From Octopus vulgaris (Eukaryota), in the NCBI GenBank assembly GCA_951406725.2, contig OX597841.1, positions 15,996,001 to 16,060,000 on the forward strand: a DNA stretch of 64,000 nt. Direction: 5' to 3'. The notes under the pieces are model-generated. The model made no database searches. It had not been told where the DNA came from and worked only from the letters and a program-made list of their open reading frames with translations. Shown piece by piece: positions 58,332 to 64,000 of this stretch (position 1 is the stretch's first letter; each line of letters begins with the position of its first letter). A program made the position numbers and the translations under genes.

Positions 58332-58545
58332 TTTGTGTGTCTGTGTTTGTCCCCCCAACATCGCTTGACAACCGATGCTGGCGTGTTTACGTCCCCGTAA
58401 ACTAGCGGTTCGGCAAAAAAGGAGACCGATAAAATAAGTACTAGGCTTACAAAGAATAAGTCCTGGGGTGTAGATTTCCTCGACTAGAGGCGGTGCTCCA
58501 GCATGGCCACAGTCACATGACTGAAACAAGTAAAGAGTAAAAGAG
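58080..58545 (+). mobile_element. SINE A, full length
   Basis: Family match. Confidence 0.9.
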
Positions 58546-59054
58546 ATATATATACACTCACGGCCTTCTTACACACTCTCACACCTTCACACACACACAT
58601 GTATGTATACGCCGACACGCGTTCCCATATATACACCCACCTCTTGTCCCTTTATTTGGGTATTTCTATTTCCGTGCCCTAAATCTGACCCTGTTTTCCC
58701 TTTCTCTCTCTCTCCTTTTCTTTCTTTCTCGAACTAATGCGTGCGCACACACATACCCATACAAATGTGTGTATATATTTATGTGTGTGTGTGTCTTTGT
58801 GTGTATGCGCTATATAGTGTATACAGTAAACATTGTATATATATATATGCGTGTTTGCATGTGCCTGTATATATATATATATATATATACATATATATAT
58901 GTGCAATTATGTGTACAATTATGTGTGCGTGTGTGAGTGTTTGACTGTACACATACACACACACACACGTATCTGTGTGTGTGTGTGTGTGTGTGTTTCA
59001 GAATGTTTAATGGTCATTTTCTTTCCGTCCATAATAAGCAACCTTGTAAATGTG

Positions 59055-59059
<5 letters not shown>

Positions 59060-59102
<43 letters not shown>

Positions 59103-59134
59103 TAATAATCATAATAATAATAATAATAATAATA

Positions 59135-59171
<37 letters not shown>

Positions 59172-59172
59172 C

Positions 59173-59216
<44 letters not shown>

Positions 59217-59219
59217 CAC

Positions 59220-59264
<45 letters not shown>

Positions 59265-59275
59265 TGATAATAATC

Positions 59276-59345
<70 letters not shown>

Positions 59346-59371
59346 ACAATAATAATAATAATAATAATCAC

Positions 59372-59419
<48 letters not shown>

Positions 59420-59428
59420 TATAATAAT
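59060..59428. repeat. (AAT)n array
   Basis: Direct inspection. Confidence 0.95.
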
Positions 59429-59443
59429 GCAAAAGCTCTGTAA

Positions 59444-59790
59444 CATCATGTACATTGTTTTGTCTTGGTATAAAAGATGGGCTACAGCAAATATTCTGCT
59501 CAATACCACAGATTTGCTTCTCAGTTGTTTGACCTTAACCTGTTGAGCATGTCCCTTAGTGGCTGACGATATGTGCATCTCTGATCACGAGCAGAAGTAG
59601 TGGGGGAGCATCATAGCCATGTGTTGAGAGGGATTCTTTGAGGGTTTGGATAATTCACCTTTGGAAACATAGGTGGTTCGTTCAACATCCTTAAACAACC
59701 CTTATTCAGGGACCTTTTGAGCGGGATGTATTACTCGACCAGAATAAAATTCTAACTGGGCCCCACTTGTAAGGTCATGTACTGTTTATC
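59444..59790 (+). mobile_element. Element E, internal fragment
   Basis: catgtacattgttttgtcttgg...aaggtcatgt..tgtttatct. Confidence 0.8.
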
Positions 59791-59979
59791 TCGAAAAGGT
59801 TGCAAGACGCAACGAAAATTTTAGAAAAAAAAAATAAAGAAGGAAATAAATGGAAATTGTACCGGTGAGTGTGTTAAATAATAAAGCACTAAAAAAGAAT
59901 GACCTCTACCCAGACACAACAGAATAGGCTTCAACACACGAACTCATATAAAGAATCTTACAAACCAAATCCCAAAACG

Positions 59980-60048
<69 letters not shown>

Positions 60049-60198
60049 TAGTTGAATGAATTATCCTAGTATGGATAATTCGGTTAACCGATACCCGGGT
60101 AGCAAATTCACGTCAGAAAACACGGTTGAAGCTACATGCCAAGGGCAGAAATCACGTGCTTTCGTGTGGAAATTTGTGTGTTTTTTTACTATAAATAA

Positions 60199-60311
60199 AT
60201 GAAAGAATTGAGTCGAACGACGATTTAACAAAATTAAGAATATGCAGTCTTCGAAACATATGTCGAGAATAAAGGAATTTTGTTAAATCGTCGTTCGACT
60301 CCATTCTTTCA

Positions 60312-60312
<1 letters not shown>
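60199..60312. repeat. 37-bp inverted repeat enclosing half a hammerhead
   Basis: Arms at 60199-60235 and 60276-60312 with one mismatch; spacer contains cGAAAcatatgTC. Confidence 0.85.
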
Positions 60313-60405
<93 letters not shown>

Positions 60406-60496
60406 CACGAGGGAGTATATAAACGAGAGAAGGGCATTCAACACATTTATTGGGAGTGTGCATGTATGGATCAAAGCAGTTGGATTAAAATTCTTT

Positions 60497-60534
60497 GGTA
60501 CTCTGAGTTTCAAGCGTGACGCTAATCTTCAGCC
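60497..60534 (-). ncRNA. Type I hammerhead motif with truncated helix I
   Basis: Minus strand: gg-CTGAAGA-tt-agcg.tca.cgct-t-GAAA-ctcagag-TA-cc. Confidence 0.55.
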
Positions 60535-60540
60535 CTTGGA

Positions 60541-60660
60541 GTTTCAGTCTACCAAATCCGCTCACAAGGCATTTGGTCGACCCGAGGCTACATTAGAAGA
60601 CACGGGTGCAATGCTCCACGCAGTGAGACTGAACCCGGAACCCCATATGTTAGGGAGACA
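60541..60660 (-). mobile_element. Old SINE A 5-prime half
   Basis: gtctaccaaatccgctcacaaggc..gactgaacccggaacc. Confidence 0.65.
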
Positions 60661-61076
60661 AACTTCTTCATCACCTAACTTCTCATGTTACACATGTAAG
60701 AGACTACGGTGTGTATATTTAGCATGTAGAACACATCACGAGGTATTTTTTCTTCGGCTATGTTGTTGATATATCCGTGTCGTTGTGTTTGTTTGGATGT
60801 GTGCAGTACACATGTTTCGGACGGACCCTCGGTGTTCGTACATATATCTGTATATATATAACTGTGTGTGTGTGTTTATGTGCCTGTGTATTGGTGTTGT
60901 ATGTGTGCGTAAGTGTGTGTATACCTAAACTGTGTATTTGTGAAGTGATTTCCTTCATGTTTGTTTGTTTATGTTACAAATAATGTATGTGTGTATATAA
61001 GCCTATGTATGTGTATGTGTGTACGTTTGTATGTATTAATGCGCTTTGAGTGGGAGGATGGAAGTGTGTGTGTCAT

Positions 61077-61124
<48 letters not shown>

Positions 61125-61182
61125 TTAGATGAATTGTGGTTGTCATTGTATGTTGCGTATATATGTGACGTTGTATATGAAT

Positions 61183-61234
<52 letters not shown>

Positions 61235-61340
61235 GAGACGAGAGAGACATGTATACGTACATACGCACACACACATATATATATTTACATATGTGTATAT
61301 ACATATATATATAGAAATAGATATAGATGTAGATATAATG

Positions 61341-61390
<50 letters not shown>

Positions 61391-61451
61391 AATAGAATGA
61401 TAGATAGATAGACGGAGACAGATAGACAGACAGATAAATAGATAGATAGAC

Positions 61452-61499
<48 letters not shown>

Positions 61500-62214
61500 G
61501 CAGATGGAGGGAGAAAGAGAGAGAGGGAGAGATATGTAGACAGTTAAATAGATAGGTGTGTGTGTGTGTATGTGTGTGTATGTGAATGTGTGTGTGTGTG
61601 TGTGTGTTGAGGGGGAAGGGAGTGATGACTGTTTATTTGGAAGTGTCAAGGCAAGAAGTTAGGGGAAAGCAATAAGGTTTTAGGGGTCCCCATGAAGGAG
61701 GGAAGGGGTCAGAAAGGCTTCAGCGGTTTACACCCGGCGTTCCTGAAATGTCAGCTAGGGAGATCAAACGGAGCATAAAAGGGGACAGATGTGCCTGGCT
61801 TAATTTCTCTTCCCTGTCCCCTAACCTTTTTTTTTTCTCTTTTACAATGGATGTGTTTATGGTGTCTGTGTGTGTATAGGGGTGGGAGCAGGGTGTATAA
61901 ATGTATTTGAGTGTGTGTGTGTGTGTGTGTGTCTATGAGTATATGTGTGTGTCTATGAATGTGTGTGTGTGTGTGTGTGTGTGAGTTATGTGCATATATA
62001 CATGTATGTATATATATATATATGTATATACATGTGTGTTTGTATATGTGTATGCATACAGGCACATACATACGCATCCCAACACACACACACACGCACA
62101 CACTCACACGTACACACATACATACACACACACACACACACACAACTATATGTAGTATCTATATATATATATATACACTCATATATATATATATAGATAG
62201 ATAGATAGATAGAT

Positions 62215-62312
<98 letters not shown>

Positions 62313-62378
62313 TATATATACATATATATATATAGACATATACACACATATATACACATATATATATACACGCACACG

Positions 62379-62411
<33 letters not shown>

Positions 62412-62426
62412 ATACACGTATATATG

Positions 62427-62477
<51 letters not shown>

Positions 62478-62794
62478 GTGTGTGTGTATATAATGTTTCA
62501 GGTTTTTATTTTTGTTTTCTTTTTTAAACTTGTTCTTATTTTCCCTCTTTTACACAAAATATTTCTCTTTCCCATTTTCCTATCATCTGCTTCTCTTGTC
62601 TGTCTGTCAGTTAACAGTCACTGAATCCCCATCACTCTCTCTTTTATCCCTCTTTCTCTCTCTCCCACTCTCTCTATGTCACCTTGTCTCTCTTTTTCCC
62701 CCTCTCTCTCTGTCCTGCTATTCTCTCCTCCTCCTCCTCCAGCTTTCTGTAACGACACAAAATCTTCGGTAGATTCTTTTCTTTACTGCTCTAA

Positions 62795-63322
62795 TCACAA
62801 CGCCCGATTAGATCGACCTCAGTACGTAACTGGTACTTAATTGATCGACCCCAAAAGGGTGAAATGCAAAGTTGACCTCGGTGGAATTTGAACTCAGAAC
62901 GTAAAGACAGATGAAATACCTATTTCTTTACTACCCACAAGGGGCTAAACACAGAGAGGACAAACAAGGACAGAGAAACGGATTAAGTCGATTACATCGA
63001 CCCCAGTGCGCAACTGGTACTTATTTAATCGACCCCGAAAGGACGAAAGGCAAAGTCGACCTCGGCGGAATTTGAACTCAGAACGTAACGGCAGACGAAA
63101 TACCTATTTCTTTGCTACCCACAAGGGGCTAAACACAGAGAGGACAAACAAGGACAGACACATGGATTAAGTCGATTATATCGACCCCAGTGCGTAACTG
63201 GTACTTATTTAATCGACCCCGAAAGGACGAAAAGCAAAGTCGACCTCGGCCGACTTTGAACTCAGAACGTAGCGGCAGATGAAATACCGCTAAGCATTTT
63301 GCCCGGCGTGCTAACGATTCAC
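62795..63322 (-). mobile_element. SINE B head-to-tail multimer, 184-bp period
   Basis: gaaatacc at 62913, 63097 and 63281. Confidence 0.9.
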
Positions 63323-63462
63323 CCAGTATCCGCCTCTGTGCTATAAGTAAATACTGGCAACCTGGCTAGTCCGCCACAGGTCGTAGGTATGAAACCTCGA
63401 CTGGGTGGTTACGGTGAGAACGTCTTTGATCGAAGAAGCGGTCGTTCTAGCTAGACTTGAGG

Positions 63463-63835
63463 CTTACTAGCCACATGGTTCCGGGTTCAGTCCCACTGCG
63501 TGGCAACTTGGGCAAGTGTCTTCTACTATAGCCTCGGGCCGACCAAAACCTTGTGAGTGGATTTCGTAGACGGAAACTGAAAGAAGCCCGTCGTATATAT
63601 ATGTGTGTGTGTGTGTGTTTGTGTGTCTGTGTTTGTCCCCCCAACATTGCTTGACAACCGATGCTGGTGTGTTTACGTCCCCGTAACTTAGCGGTTCGGC
63701 AAAAAGAGACCGATAGAATAAGTACTAGGCTTACAAAGAATAAGTCGTGGGGGGGGTTGATTTCCTCGACTAAAGGCGGTGCTCCAGCATGGCCGCAGTC
63801 AAACGACTGAAGCAAGTAAAAGAGTAAGAAAGAGT
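63463..63835 (+). mobile_element. SINE A, slightly 5-prime truncated
   Basis: Family match. Confidence 0.9.
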
Positions 63836-64000
63836 AAACTATATATACAGATACGTACCCGTGTACAAACATGCGTACCCGGATACGAACAGGCACTCTT
63901 CTACGGCTGACGCACGAACAAGTACTCCCTCGGGGACTTATACACACAGATGCATACATATAAATATACACACTCGCATACACACACAAACGCAGACACA

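Noticed and set aside
60120-60167. Hammerhead-shaped fold acacgg-TTGAAGC...tgcc/ggca-GAAA-tcacgtgc-TT-tcgtgt
   Set aside because: Two core mismatches plus a 4-nt insertion; at best a dead relic.
62795-63322. CRISPR-like or hammerhead retrozyme array
   Set aside because: Whole units repeat with no unique spacers, no CUGANGA core was found on either strand, and the context is eukaryotic.

Overview
Eukaryotic, repeat-dominated intergenic or intronic DNA. The SINE repertoire and microsatellite load suggest a coleoid cephalopod such as Octopus (inference). No intact protein-coding gene is evident, and nearly all long ORFs in the track are translations of microsatellites. The window holds very large microsatellite arrays, dozens of copies of four tRNA-headed SINE families (here A-D) and a ~555-bp element (E) embedded in trinucleotide repeats. 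It also holds decayed L1/Tx1, R4/Dong-like, RTE, CR1/L2-like and mariner fragments and a non-autonomous Helitron. An 8.3-kb block (27166-35479) recurs at 37198-45490 across a 100-N gap and is probably an assembly artefact. The most notable signal is about ten type I hammerhead-ribozyme motifs of several unrelated sequence families. Each has a palindromic or minimal helix III, and most lie in short elements ending in (TA)n, as expected for Penelope-like pLTRs or retrozymes. Several elements appear tied to specific microsatellite classes. All ribozyme and family assignments were made by eye and need computational checks.
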